Source of the DNA: Octopus vulgaris
Lineage: Eukaryota
Direction of reading: 5' to 3'
DNA length: 64,000 bases
NCBI GenBank assembly: GCA_951406725.2
Contig: OX597838.1
Span: 9,982,001 to 10,046,000, forward strand
Numbering within the stretch: position 1 is the first letter of the stretch; each line of letters starts with the position of its first letter. The translations under genes were made by a program, and so were the position numbers. A model generated the notes under the pieces. It was not told where the DNA came from. It did not search any database and saw only the letters and a list, made by a program, of their open reading frames with translations. Shown piece after piece: positions 12,781 through 25,715 of the stretch.

Positions 12781-14114
12781 TTAATGTCTATATTCTATGC
12801 TGGCATCTGTTGAAAGTTTGACAGGAACAGGCAAGTCAGATGACTACACCAAGAACTGTTGTCTGTTTTGGCATGGTTCCTATGGCTGGTTCCCCTTCCT
12901 AAAACTAGCCACTACTTAGAGTGTACTGGGTGCTTTTTACGTGGCACCAGCAGCAGTGAGGTTGCCAAGTACTTGCAACACAAGACAAGACCCCTCAACT
13001 GAGGGGAAGCAGTATGGTGAGACAGAAAAGTGTCTTGCATTAGAAGAGTGATATGGCTAACTCTGATGAGGAGAGAAAAATGGTGAAGATGTGACAGAGA
13101 TGGAGAAAGGGCTGTACATCGAAGTTACTGGAGTGAATCAGGGATTGGAGAGGATGGATAGGTGAGTGAGTTCACAAGATTGTGGAAGCTAGAGGTGGGA
13201 ATAAGGGATTTGACTGGGGCATATAGGGTGCAGGTTGGTTGGTGGACATGAGAATCTGGGAAACTGCTCCTATGAGTCTAGTTGACTAAAGAAGGTGCTT
13301 TGTTTTTTTATATGTCAGGTCACTTACAACTGCATCGTCAATATACCAGCATTAATTAATTATTATCTCTTTTAAGTTCATGCTCATGTACAGTAGTATT
13401 GTGTGAACAAGGGTTGTGAATGGAAAAACAGTAGAATACTCTGCATGATTTAGTTACATGTTTTCCAGTATTTGACTGAAAGCCACATCCCTCAAATCTG
13501 CATCCCCAAATCCATCAAGGGGTTTCGTCTTGCAAGTTATTTGGTGACCATAAGTGCAGATGCCATGCAAACAGCACCCATTACACTGTCATGGTTGACA
13601 TTAGGAAGGGCATCCATTTGCAGAAACCTTGCCAAAGCAGACATTGGAGCCTAATGCAGCTCTCTGATGAGCTGGGTCCTGTCAAACTGTCCAAACCCAT
13701 ACCCACATGGAATATAGACATGAAATGATGATGATTTTGAGTACAAATCCAACTAGGGTGTGTTTGCCTTTTCTCCCATCAGGGGGCAATAAAATAAGTA
13801 CCGGTTATGTTCTGGAGTCAATTACATTAGTTACATTCCTCCTGCAAAGTATTTAGCTTGGTGCCAAAGTCAGAAATCATTATTACTGTGCTAATAACCT
13901 AAGTGCTAATAATAGGCAAAGGTTAATTCAACTGTGCCACTTGTTAAAAGTGGGGGGTTTTGGCTCGATGAAAATGGATAATGGAGTCAAGATAATAAAT
14001 GTCACATTTACGAAATGACAGCCATCTAGGATATTTTACTTTGATATTAGTCAAGAGTTTGTATATAATATTACCTAATTAATGAAACAAGAAGTAAACA
14101 AATGAAGTAAACGT

Positions 14115-14509
14115 AGGCGCAGGAGTGGCTGTGTGGTAAGTAGCTTGCTAATTAACCACATGGTTCCGGGTTCAGTCCCACTGCGTGGAATCTTGGGCAA
14201 GTGTCTTCTGCTATAGCCCCGGGCCGACCAATGCCTTGTGAGTGGATTTGGTAGACGGAAACTGAAAGAAGCCTCTTGTATATATGTATATATATAAATA
14301 TATATGTGTGTGTGTGTGTTTGTCCCCCCTAGCATCGCTTGACAACTGATGCTGGTGTGTTTACGTCCCTGTCTCATAGCGGTTCGGCAAAGAGACCGAT
14401 AGAATAAGTACTGGGCTTACAAAGAATAAGTCCCTGGGTCGATTTGCTCGACTAAAGGCGGTGCTCCAGCATGGCCACAGTCAAATGACTGAAACAAGTA
14501 AAAGAGTAA
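14115..14509 (+). mobile_element. Family A SINE, full length
   Basis: Same head, core and tail as 2535-2922. Confidence 0.92.
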
Positions 14510-14704
14510 GAAATGAAATCACATGGAATTTTAGGTTTCCGAAGTTGAACTTGCTCAGCTTATAATTCTGGGAATTGTTACTATACCAAAAATGCTTAGA
14601 GTCAAACAACAATAATGATGAGTAAATTTTCTTTTGCAGCTAATGTTGTTGTTTGTGGAATTATTTTTATGTGACTATTTACTCATGTGTTTCTTTATCA
14701 GCAG

Positions 14705-14854
14705 GTTTTCCTCTGTGCTGCTGCATCTCTATGGATGTGTTGTGAAGCAGTGTTGAAAGGATGTACCAACTTGGATGTCTTGGCTGTTACAAGCCAGCCC
14801 TGACTGAGTCTATACACTGGACATGTACATTAATACTTGTCACAAGACAATACG
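14705..14854 (+). other. Candidate non-coding exon
   Basis: Pyrimidine tract TTTCTTTATCAGCAG acceptor and CG|GTAATT donor. All three frames entering from the acceptor hit stops. A second candidate micro-exon lies at 15003-15030 (TTCAG|...CAG|GTAAAT). Confidence 0.25.
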
Positions 14855-15977
14855 GTAATTCTTTTGCTTTAGTAAGCTTACTTATGTATTTAAAACTTTC
14901 TCCCCCCCCCCCCCTTATCAGAATTTTATTGATCTTTCTTTCTGTATCTAAAGTATGTTAAATTTTCATTTGTGTGTGAATACCTGTGATTTGAGGGTTC
15001 AGATCAAGATTCTACTGGATGTTGTAGACAGGTAAATCCTTGATTGTAGTGTTTGGCAGTGATCTGCTTGCAGCATATATTGACTACAAGCAAAGGTGGC
15101 TTATACTTTGTGTTTATTTTTTTACTTGATATTTGGAGACTATCAGGTTTGCAGAAACATAGCAAATCTTCATTAAAACCTCTCACACCTCTGAAAATGC
15201 AAATTGCTGGTCTTATACCACGAGGAGTTTGTTACAGTTTATTATGTGTGTATATTCCTTCCATAGGTAAAATACAATAATCTACATGATTCAAACTATA
15301 TAGCTGAATTACAGGTATTCTCTCAGTTTTGCGAATCTTGTTTGAAAGTTGAGATTTTGATGAAATGCAGTTCGTCTCAAGCGAAACTTTTCAAAATGAT
15401 CATTGCATGAATTTGTATGAGAAGGGGTGATAGGATTGATGCTTATTGGTGTATATTGTGAATGTGGTTTTTTTTTTATTTATTGTCATGTTACTTTACA
15501 GAGAAATGAATTCCATGGAGGTATTTTCATATATATTTGCAAGATAGTGATTCCTGGGCATCAATTTCCTATCTCCGAAATGAATTTTATGTTCCATTAG
15601 TTTCTGTAACTGGGAAGCTGCGCATTTAAAAAAGGCATTCTGAGATATGCCTTAAATCTCCATTCAAAGGTTTTGATGTGTTACGTTACTAATGAGGGGT
15701 TACTCATATTTCAATAATTCAACTCCCCCACACACACACACACATATGCTCACCAGTATGCAGAGACCCTACATATAAAATGAGTAAAATTTTTTTCTTT
15801 TTAAAAAGGTCCTTTCTATTTGCTAATGAACGCATTAATGCTGTGACCAACTTATGTGGTCACTGCACACTTTCACAATCAATGAATCCCTATTTAAACT
15901 CCATACTGGTGTGTATGGATGACATTGAAATACCACCGAAATACCATCAAATCTGAGCTCTCTAATTAACTCATTAA

Positions 15978-16111
15978 TAAATAATTATAACTGGATATAT
16001 TTATTCTTAATACAGTCTGGTAGCTTCAGACATAAATATGCTAATCACCGTTGTATTTTGTCAGTGGAGAATAACACTTCCTCTCAGAACAAATGTGTAT
16101 TCATAACATAC
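15978..16111 (+). ncRNA. Candidate H/ACA snoRNA copy 1 (more degenerate)
   Basis: ANANNA (ACATAA, 16030-16035), hairpin AATATGC...GTGTATT with internal loop TAATCA/CAAAT, ACA at 16106-16108. Paralogous to 16296-16434. Confidence 0.35.
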
Positions 16112-16295
16112 TCAAGTAAAGGGACTTTGACTTTTTCTGTTGGAACGCCAGTGTTTCAACCTTGTTGTGTCTCTTCAACCAAAGCTACCTAGACCAATGA
16201 ATTTAAATGAGTTTTTGTTCTCATTTATCGGATTTAGCAAATAAAACATTTGCTGATGTTTGCCAGCTGGTAATAAATTGTCTTGCGTACAGTGA

Positions 16296-16434
16296 ACAAG
16301 AACCATAATGATGACATAAATATTCGTTCTGAATTGTGTTTTGGTAGATTAGAATGGGAATATGCTAATCACTGGTGTATTTCATCATTGGAGGAGAATG
16401 TCTCCTTTCAGGCAAATGTGTGTTCATAACACTC
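16296..16434 (+). ncRNA. Candidate H/ACA snoRNA copy 2
   Basis: 5' hairpin, H box AGATTA (16346-16351), 3' hairpin GAATATGC...GTGTGTTC, ACA at 16429-16431. The pocket is complementary to the conserved 18S segment AUUUG-UC-UGGUUA. Confidence 0.45.
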
Positions 16435-16655
16435 TTGATTCATGATGCATACAGGGAATTGAGTGTGTTATAACTAAACAGTCATTTGAAAGAAGTCGTT
16501 CTCCAATGACAAAATGCAATAGCAATTAGCATACTCACATTCAAATCTGCTGGAAAGTATTATGAATATGTATGTCACAGTTATGATTCTTGCTGACCAC
16601 CAAGCACATGATTAATTAAACCATTATATATATATATACATATATATATATATAC

Positions 16656-17036
16656 ATGACGTATTCTGTCTCTCCTTTTCAAAGAAAATATTGCTACATC
16701 GTTCACTATTTTACCCTCATTCTGGTCTAACAACCCTCCATATTTGTTTCTGTTCGGTTTCCTTGTATGTCTCCACTGTCCTGTTTCTCTTCCCAACTCT
16801 GACCCTCCATAAATCCCAAATTTTTATTTATATATTTATGGGAACAACTGTCTCTGAAGACTCATTATGTCGTTCAATGCTCGAAATGAGGAGTAGATAG
16901 ACGGCTGACAACTGATGAAGGATCGTTCTTCGCATTACTTGTCCTGTTTTCCATTTGTTTCTCTCGTTGTTTGTGTATTCAAGTAATTTGTTTTTGTATT
17001 TCATGTTGTTTACTGTGGGTGACGGTCCTGCACCCA
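16656..17036 (+). mobile_element. Penelope-like terminal-repeat fragment in (TA)n with degenerate hammerhead core
   Basis: Flanked by TA/TG microsatellite. CTGAAGA at 16854, GAAA at 16883, GTA at 16893, second CTGATGA at 16912. Confidence 0.45.
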
Positions 17037-17108
17037 TATATGCATGTGTATATAATTGTGTATGTGTGCGTGTATATGTGTGTATATATATGGGTATATA
17101 TGTGTGTG

Positions 17109-17151
<43 letters not shown>

Positions 17152-17486
17152 ATATATATATATGTGTGTGTATATATATGTGTATGTATGTGTGTGTGTA
17201 TATATATGTGTATGTATGTGTGTGTGTATATATATGTGTATGTATATGTATGTGTGTGTGTATATATATATATTTATGTATATATGTATGTGTGTATATG
17301 TATGTGTGTATATGTGTATATATATATGTGTGTATGTATATATGTGCATATATGTATCTGTGTGTGTGTATATGTGTGTGTGTATATGTATATGTATCTA
17401 TGTGTGTGTATATGTATATGTATCTATATGTGTGTATATGTATATGTGTATGTGTGTATATATATATATGTGTATGTATGTATATG

Positions 17487-17517
<31 letters not shown>

Positions 17518-17520
17518 ATG
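17037..17520. repeat. Long compound (TA)/(TG) microsatellite
   Basis: Seen directly. Explains the 173-197 aa CVYI-repeat ORFs. Confidence 0.98.
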
Positions 17521-18892
17521 GTATTTATTCTAGTGCTCTATATAACTCTACTAATCTTGATTGATTATATATATCAGCACAATACCAGAGAAATTACCAA
17601 ATGAATGGGGTGATGGCCTCCAGATGTGATTAGAACTTTGTGAATACAGGCATGGCTGCAACTAAGAACTTTGCCTCACAATGATGTGGCTTCAGGTTTC
17701 TTTCCAGTGTGAATGGCATATTGTTACCTCAGATCAGCACAAGTGTTGTGTGTGAAATTGGGTTAACAGAAACAGTGTGGTGGTCCCTTCATTTATTGGT
17801 GGTGAGAGATAAACTTTGTCCCCTATTTTAATGCTGCTGCTGCCACCAAATGACCCTTGGCTGCTTTTAGCAGATTCTTTTCTTTTCTGAGGATAATTTG
17901 ATATCACATACCCCCACTGCCTGAAGAGACCCTGAAATAGATCAGGAGCAGTGCCCTTCCTTTTTCTTCTGATAAAACTTTAAAAAAAAGATTCTTGTCC
18001 ACATTGTGATTTTTCATGTTTCGAACACAGTCTAGACCGCTAAGACATTTATGGTTCCTAAAAGTTGTGACCAAATGTTTTGTTTACTCCTGTGCTATAA
18101 TCAGTGTGAACAGAACCAGCTGGAATTATCCTACTACTTCTACTATCATGCAACTCTTAATCTTTTGGAATAGTTTGATATTTACTCTGTTTCTTTTACT
18201 AAAACACAAACACCCCCCCCTTAACCAACTTTGGTTAGTATTTTACTGCTTCAGCTGACAACTTGGGCTATTAGCTTTCACAAAACATTGGATAAGTTAA
18301 GAAAAAATACAATTTCTCACTCTCTCTCTCTCTCTCTCTACATTATAATAGCAACTATAATATAATCCTCACCCTCTCCACTTTTATTTTCCTGAGTTGT
18401 ACTATCCAGTGGTATTACCAGGCTGTCATCTGCAATCCCTCTTAACCCCCTTAAATATTTGACCTAAATAACTCCTGGAAAATTCTCATTGTATAATGTG
18501 AGTGTTGTGGTGGGAATACCAGAGGCTCCACCACACTTATACTAGTCATTCTGTAGTGTTGTTTTCAAGTAAACTGTCTTTCAACAGGCTCTTACTCTTA
18601 ACAGTTCATATTTTCTATTTACATAAACCTAGCTGACTGATAATTTAACACTCTACATACAAAGTTCATTGTGATATTTTGCTTATAGAATACTCAGTTT
18701 CTAGGCAAGACAGTTTCATTATCACCATCACCATATGTCTGTTTTCCAGGCTGACATGGGTTGGACTTTGACAGGAGCTGGCAATCCAGAAGATTGCACC
18801 TGGTTTCCCTGTCATTTTGGCATGGCTTTTATAGCTGGAGTCCATTCCTAATGCCAGCCACCTTGCACAAACAAAAATTTTAGTTTTCTTTT

Positions 18893-19120
18893 CAACCCTT
18901 TCGACACCAACCTGGCTGAAACCAGCTCTGGCTCTGTAATACAAATATCTCATTTTCGTAAGTTTTGAATCAAAATCTTCCACCAAACCTTAGTCACAAT
19001 TTATGTTCCTAACACTAAGCTGAATGATAACCAAGTTATTTTACTAAATCCTTTGTTATATTTAAAATTAATTGAAAGAAACAGAGCATCTCAAAATAAA
19101 TACAGTAACGAAAGGTTCAA
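18893..19120. mobile_element. TTAA-type MITE, type 2 (inverted relative to 23484-23703)
   Basis: CCCTTTCGACACC...GTAACGAAAGG termini. The body is the reverse complement of 23484-23703. Confidence 0.8.
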
Positions 19121-19512
19121 GCCTTTTCACTTCATTTGCAAAGGCATGTGACCTATTGCTTCAAATGCATCTTTACACTTGAGCCTTGTAACTTAGTCAA
19201 AAGAGGCTTAAGTAATACTTAAGCTGGCCCATTTTACCATGAGCTTGCATGGTAACACTGAGTCACTCTCTTGACCTTTTGCTTGCCCAAAGTGTTTTCA
19301 TAAATTTGTCCCAAATGTCCATGCTGTTTTCAGACTTTTAGTTAGCCCTTGTTTCGGAGGAATGTAAAGCTTTCCCTTCATATGTCATAAGTCCCGAGTG
19401 GTTGGAAAAAAAAATGGCAATGTGTATGACATGTAGAGGACAGACAAGGGGTTTCATGTCAATTTGTTCCACAATTAAGTTCGTCCTTTATATTTATCAC
19501 TGTGTGTGTGTA

Positions 19513-20355
19513 TTGGGTCATCCCATAAATAATGCGATTTTTTAATACTTATTTTATTTTTCAAAATTGAGATAAACAAAGTTCTTTTTTAATCTAAAAT
19601 ACGTTTTCTACAATACTCTTCCAAAATTCACAGTACTCCTCCAGTACTGTTCTGATCTCATCAACAGAATTCATATTTTTTCCCCCCAAATGATTTTGAA
19701 GACTGCGGAATAAATGATAATTAGATGAGACAATGTCCAGTGAATATGGTGGGTGGGGCATTGTTTCCCATTCAAACTGCTCCAGCTTTTGGAATGCCAT
19801 CCTCGCTGTATGTGGCTGAGCATTATCCTGATGGAAGAATACCTTTCTTCTTGAAACCAAAGATGGTCATTTTTCTTCTAGTGCTGGTGTCGATGACTGG
19901 TTGAATGACCAAATCCAAGCTTCTCTGCTGGTTCCTCAACAGTTATGATGAGATTTTGTTCCACCAGGGTTTGCAGGATGTCCTTGTCGAACTCTGCAGA
20001 ACTTCCAGGTCGATGCTCATCTTCTAGGCTGTAGTTTCCGGCTAGAATTTCTGGAACCACCATTGACACTGGCTTACACTTATTGTCTGATCCCCATATA
20101 CTGCATTGTGTTGTTGCCTTCATTGAACTCATAAAGCAAAATATGCCAAATATGCTCCTTTGTCACTTCCTTTATTGCTTTGAAAAAATAACTGTTAAAA
20201 TCGAACAGCACTCTTCAAAACTTGCTCTAAGAATAAGTACAAGATAAAATTACTACCTGCTTTACTAGCAAGTTGGTGCAGGTAATTTATTTCCACCCCC
20301 TCCAAATTTTAGTTCATGCAATTGAAAAAACACATTATTTATGGTGTGACCCTTA
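19513..20355 (-). mobile_element. Mariner (DD34D) transposon, internally deleted, both TIRs present
   Basis: About 30 bp TIRs (GGGTCATCCCATAAATAATGCG versus rc GGGTCACACCATAAATAATGTG) flanked by TA. About 840 bp against about 1.3 kb for typical full mariners. Confidence 0.93.
19594..20170 (-). pseudogene. Mariner transposase pseudogene
   Basis: N-terminal EVTKEHIWHILLYEFNEG; HTH region SLEDEHRPG...ITVEEPAEKLG; catalytic region FHQDNAQPH...PHPPYSLDIVSSNYHLFRSLQNHL. The WVPHEL/first-Asp segment is missing and there are frameshifts. Confidence 0.92.
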
Positions 20356-21209
20356 TACACACACATTCACACATGCATATAAACAAATTATTTGCTAGCT
20401 CTGTGCTTTTGGAAGATGTATAACTGCTATGGGTTAACAAAAGGAAGGCAGAACAATACTTGAATATATATTCTTCTAACCCATGCTAACATCGGGAAAT
20501 GGATGTAAAAATAAACAAATGTTTGTGTGTGTGCATGTGTGTTAAACCTCAATAGATCATTGTTACATAGCTCCAAGTTTTGAGATATGTTGTCATTGAC
20601 ATGGAGTTTTGTACTATTTGTAACCTATTATTGTTTTACAATTAGTGTGTTTCAGCTAATTAATTACCAAGTGTCTTCTTGTATAAAATACGGGGAAGCC
20701 AACCAGTTGAATCATTCCTTATAGTTGCAAATTTTTTTTTTCTTTTTAAATTCAGTAATCTATTTACAGCATTGTACTTTGTAAACGATATTCTATTGTT
20801 TTGATTGGGAGAGGGGGGGGGGAGAAACTGCACCCAACAAGTTGAATACTAAGCAAAACTTCATTCTGTCGTTGCATTTTACTGCTGATGATTGAGGCAT
20901 TTAATTATTGCTAGCTCAGTACACCAAGCTGTAAATAGATACCAGGGCTTTACTCTCATTCGTCTATTTGTGTTAGCATCGTGTACTATATCATTTTTAA
21001 TATTCAGCTCAAAACTTTGCATGACATGAACAAAATCTACAAAAGATCATTGCTCTATCAAGGAAAGGAAGTGTCTCATTGACTCAGCAATGCTTTGAAA
21101 ACTTGAGATAAGATTCAGTACACTACATTGGTACTTTTAGCAGTGGTGATGTATAAAAAGATATGTCTGATTGTTGTTTTTAAAGTACTTTTATGTTAGC
21201 AACCTACTA

Positions 21210-21487
21210 TCATCATCATTATCATGTCCACTTTTCCGTGTTCGCATGGATCAAATGGAATTTGGTAAGATGGATTTCTCTACGGCTGGATGCTCTTCCA
21301 GTCACCCACCCTCACTTGTTTTCTCATCACCATATATTTCCATGGAAGATTGGTGGCTAAGGACACCATTTGCAGGATGGTGACAACTATCACATGATGT
21401 GAAGAGACTAACACATGCATACATACATGCATACATACATGCATACATACATACATACATACATACATGCATACATACATACATACA

Positions 21488-21568
<81 letters not shown>

Positions 21569-21975
21569 ATACAATATGTTACATTACTCGGTAGTCAAGA
21601 TAAAACTCTGAGTTTCAGATGCCGAAGTGGAAATCCACAACACCATCTCTTCGATATATATATATATATATATATTAAGGTATGTAGAAAAATACAACAT
21701 GGACAAGAACGTATAACTCTTAGAAGACGATACAATAAACACGGACAGGACATTCGAAACCCTCAGTCTTCAGTCAAGAACCGGATCATCGTAGTAATTC
21801 GGCTACACATGCATATACATGACAGGCTTCTTTCAGTTTCTTCCTACCAAATGCACTCAGAAGGCTTTGGTTGGCCTGGGGCTATAGTAGGAGACACTCA
21901 AGGTGCCATTCTGTGGGACTGAACCTGAAACCATGTGGTGGGAAGCAAATTTATCACACAGCCATGCCTGCACCT
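21210..21975 (-). mobile_element. Family D SINE (family A head + (GAT)n tail) with expanded microsatellite hosting two inserts (21566-21653, 21675-21806)
   Basis: (CAT)n tail at the left and tRNA/CORE head at 21820-21975. The middle (TACA)n(TA)n is interrupted by unrelated sequence. Confidence 0.7.
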
Positions 21976-22379
21976 ATAAGTTCGGACATAGGCTAGCTTT
22001 GACTCAGTAGTATTGGCAGCAGACGTATGGTATTTTGTAGGAAATGAAAAATTATGACATTTTCACACTGATGATTTTCCAAATAACAAGCAATGTTCTT
22101 TCTCGCTATAGTTTAAACTCAATGATGCATGCAATATTATTGAATTTTAACATTTTGGAAAGAACACCAAGAAACTTAGTCTTTCTGTTGAGTCAATAAA
22201 GACGCATTAGAAAAGGACAAAGGGACACTTTTTGCTTGTCGAATCTGTTCCAGGCTTTGGTCAGTCTAGGGTTATAGTAGAAGCCCAAACAAAGTGCCGT
22301 TCAATGGACTGAACTCAAGACAACATGGTTGGGAAGCAAGCTTCTCATCCACACGACCATTTCTGCACCGCTGTCTGTT

Positions 22380-22435
<56 letters not shown>

Positions 22436-22679
22436 CACACAAAATAAATTTTTGCTGTTGCTTAGCCCAGGTCAAACCTCCCTCTTACAAAAGATGTTCC
22501 AGCTGTGGCCATGTCTTTTTGTGTATCAGAATCATTGTCCAAATGTCCTTTCTTTTTCATGATGATTGTGTGATTTAAGGGAGCTTTGGTTGCTTAGCCC
22601 CAAATTAGCTCTGATATGGTAAAAGTGTATTCTTGCCATAACTAGTTTATTTGTATATTAGGGACTGCATGTTTGCTGC

Positions 22680-22940
22680 TACTGCTTGATGAGGCTGTGG
22701 GCATCCCAGGTTAGTGGTCACAGACGTCATCATATGTAGAACTGACCAGATCTGCCATCACTGGCAGAACTGTTCCTGCGCCTTTGGGGACCTTCCCCAA
22801 TCATGAACTACCAGGGCTTTACTCTCATTCGACGCAGCAGCTGTGGGCTGGAAGAGGCCTTGTAGCAGGCCCCACTCCAGATGGCTAGGCATGATGTGGA
22901 AAGATCTCCAGAGGCTCAGTACCACCTTGAAGGAAGATAT
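22680..22940 (+). mobile_element. Degenerate RTE-clade LINE C-terminal fragment
   Basis: From 22846 it reads GWKRPCSRPHSRWLGMMWKDLQRL, resembling the RTE WKRPRGRP..RW.D...DL motif. Confidence 0.6.
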
Positions 22941-23483
22941 TAAAGACTGTAGTTTGTTCTTTTTCTAACAGCATAAATAAAGATAGTTTCATTTGTAGAC
23001 TTTAATGTACATAATAGATATTGTAGCTATATGACAGGAATTTACTTCATTGAACTTGTTAAAATCAAGATTCCTAAATCCCTCCTTTAATTCTGAACTC
23101 CAGATTCAATTACACAATTACATAAATTGAATGAAAGTTTAAATCTGTCAACACTGATATAATTAACTCTTTTATATGCAGGGTCTTGAATGACCATAGT
23201 CTCTTAAGTTTTAAATTGAATCAGTATCATTCAACATATTTAATAACGTACTCGAGTTTTCAAATATGTTGAACTTTGAGTGAATGATTACATGTAAAAA
23301 AAAAAAAAAGAGAAAAAAGTAGTTGATTCTAAGTGACTAACAAACATTATTGGAAGAGAACTTTTATGACTGAAAACTCAAAACAATCTCACTTTGAGTT
23401 GATAGTCATGCTAGATTTTTTGGTGTTCTCACAAGGCATCCATGTTATGTTGGATATAATGATTACCTTTTGAGCGGTATTAA

Positions 23484-23703
23484 TCCTTTCGTTACTGTAT
23501 TTATTTTGAGATGCTCTGTGTTTCTTTCAATTACTTTAAATATAACAAAGAATTTAGTAAAATAACTTATTTATCATTTAGCTACTGTTAGGAACATAAA
23601 TTGTGACTAAGGTTTGGTGGGAGATTTTAATTCAAAACTTATGAAACCAAGACATTTGTACTCAGATCCAGAGCCGGTTTCAGCCAGGTTGGTAACAAAA
23701 GGG
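23484..23703. mobile_element. TTAA-flanked MITE, type 2
   Basis: TTAA|TCCTTTCGTTAC ... GTAACAAAAGGG|TTAA. Confidence 0.87.
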
Positions 23704-24543
23704 TTAATACTACTTCCATCACTAATAATTGATTGTATTAGAATAAATAAATAAATATTTACTGTATTTTGTTTTGTATGATACTTTTTCCCAAAAATAT
23801 AATCCCAATTTTTTAAATTCTTTGTGGTTAACCTAAATAAAATTAAAAGTAATTCGCCTCCCTCCTCTAAAAAAAAAACACTCCCGTGCTTTTGACTTTT
23901 AATACAAAATGATTTTGAAGTACATAAAACGGTGTCACTCTGAAATTTAATATAGGATGGTTGTAATTATATTTACTTGTGAAATGGACTGATCTCGTTA
24001 TCTCTCTGTACGTGCTTTTACACTGATGACAGCCAGTTACATTCATGCTGCCATATGCTAAGGACTACATGAAAGTACAATCTGTATATTCTTGAAGAAA
24101 ATAGCTGTGGCCGTACAATTGCTGTCCATTAATATATCTATTTAAAACAAAAAAAAGTTGAAAATTATCAATGAAATTGTGAGATGGTATATTTGGGGAA
24201 GATGTGAATAATAATTATAACATTTAGTGAGAAAAACAATGTTATTAATATTGTATTTCATGCTGTTTTCAATCAATATACAAGTTTGTGTGTGTGTGCA
24301 TGCATGTGGTTGTATGTATTTGTGTGGCTGGTTGTTGGATGTGGACTGTTTTAGGAATAAATAGAGATTGATTTCATTAGATGAAAAGATTAGAGATAAA
24401 CTCAGTTTTGTACAAAAGCTGTTTTGCTTATATCACTGATTACCCTGTTTTGTTTGTGTGCAAAGACCACAAACACCAACAGAAAGTGCTGAAGGGAGGT
24501 TCATATAATATATATATGTGTGTGTGTATATATATATATATAT

Positions 24544-24893
24544 GGCCGATGCCACCCTCGCCTCGACTGGCTTCCGTGCCGGTGGCACATAAAATGCATC
24601 ATCCGAATCGTGGCCGATGCCAATGCCGCCTTGACTAGCTTCCGTGCCGGTGGCACATAAAATGCACCAATCCAATCGTGGCCGTTGCCAGCCTCGCCTG
24701 GCACCTGTGCAGGTGGCACGTAAAAAGCACCCACTACACTCATGGAGTGGTTGGCGTTAGGAAGGGCATCCCGCTGTAGAAACACTGCCAGATCAGACTG
24801 GAGCCTGGTGCAGCCTCCTGGCTTCCCAGATCCCCGGTCGAACTGTCCAACCCATGTTAGCATGGAGAACGGATGTTAAACGATGATGATGAT
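24544..24893 (+). mobile_element. Family C retroposon inserted in (TA)n
   Basis: Internal ~62 bp tandem units (GACTGGCTTCCGTGCCGGTGGCACATAAAATGCA) and a (GAT)n tail. Confidence 0.9.
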
Positions 24894-25339
24894 GATATAT
24901 ATATATATATAGATAGATAGATATCCATTGACCTCAAAAGACCATGGATCTGTGCCTGGAGAATTTTGTGTCAGCTGCTAATCGCAGTGCAGTCTTCTGT
25001 GGCTGTACAGGCCCACATGGGAATGACAGCCTTGCATGCAGTGACTGCATTTGAAGATGCTCTCCACCAGCACTGCACTGTGTTTTCCCTTTCTTTGTGT
25101 GGGTTTATTATGTCTGTCTTCCATGCTGGCATGGTTTGGATGCTGTGAGAGGAGCTGGTAAGCCAGAGGATTGCACCAAACTCCACTGTCTGATAATGTA
25201 AAGTGCATGTGTATGATTATAGCAACTGAGATCTATTACAATCATAAATAACACTCTTGTTTTGGTATTGAGTGCTGTTTCACTCTCCGTGCTTATACAC
25301 ACATATTCTCTCCCCCCCTTCTCTATATATCATTGTCAT

Positions 25340-25715
25340 CATCATCATTTTAACATCCAGCTGCATGGGTTGGGTGGAAGTTATTCAGGAGGATTCTCTA
25401 CAGCCAGTCACCCTTCTTATCACTAGGCCTTACTGCTTTCCAAGTGTGGTGAGATTTCCACATGATTTTGCCAAATATTGGAATTGAATCACATTCATTT
25501 ACAACAATCCATACAGTATCAAAACAAAGAGACACATACGTGTGCACATGCATGTGCACCTGTGTGATATGGGCCTATTTCTGTTTCTATCTACCAAATT
25601 TACTTTCAAGGTTTTTATCAGGTCAGGGCTATATAATAGGACACACTTGCTCAAGATGCCACAGAGTGGACTGAACCCGAAGCCATGTGGTTGGGAAGCG
25701 AGCTTCTTACCACCT
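25340..25715 (-). mobile_element. Family D SINE, degenerate
   Basis: Colinear with 40582-40995. Confidence 0.7.

Noticed and set aside
16264-16274. CAGCTGGTAAT resembling miR-216/miR-283
   Set aside because: The seed region does not match and there is no pre-miRNA hairpin; it is a short palindrome.
24022-24085. CTGATGA followed by a small stem (hammerhead or C/D box)
   Set aside because: No GAAA directly after the stem and no terminal CTGA D box.
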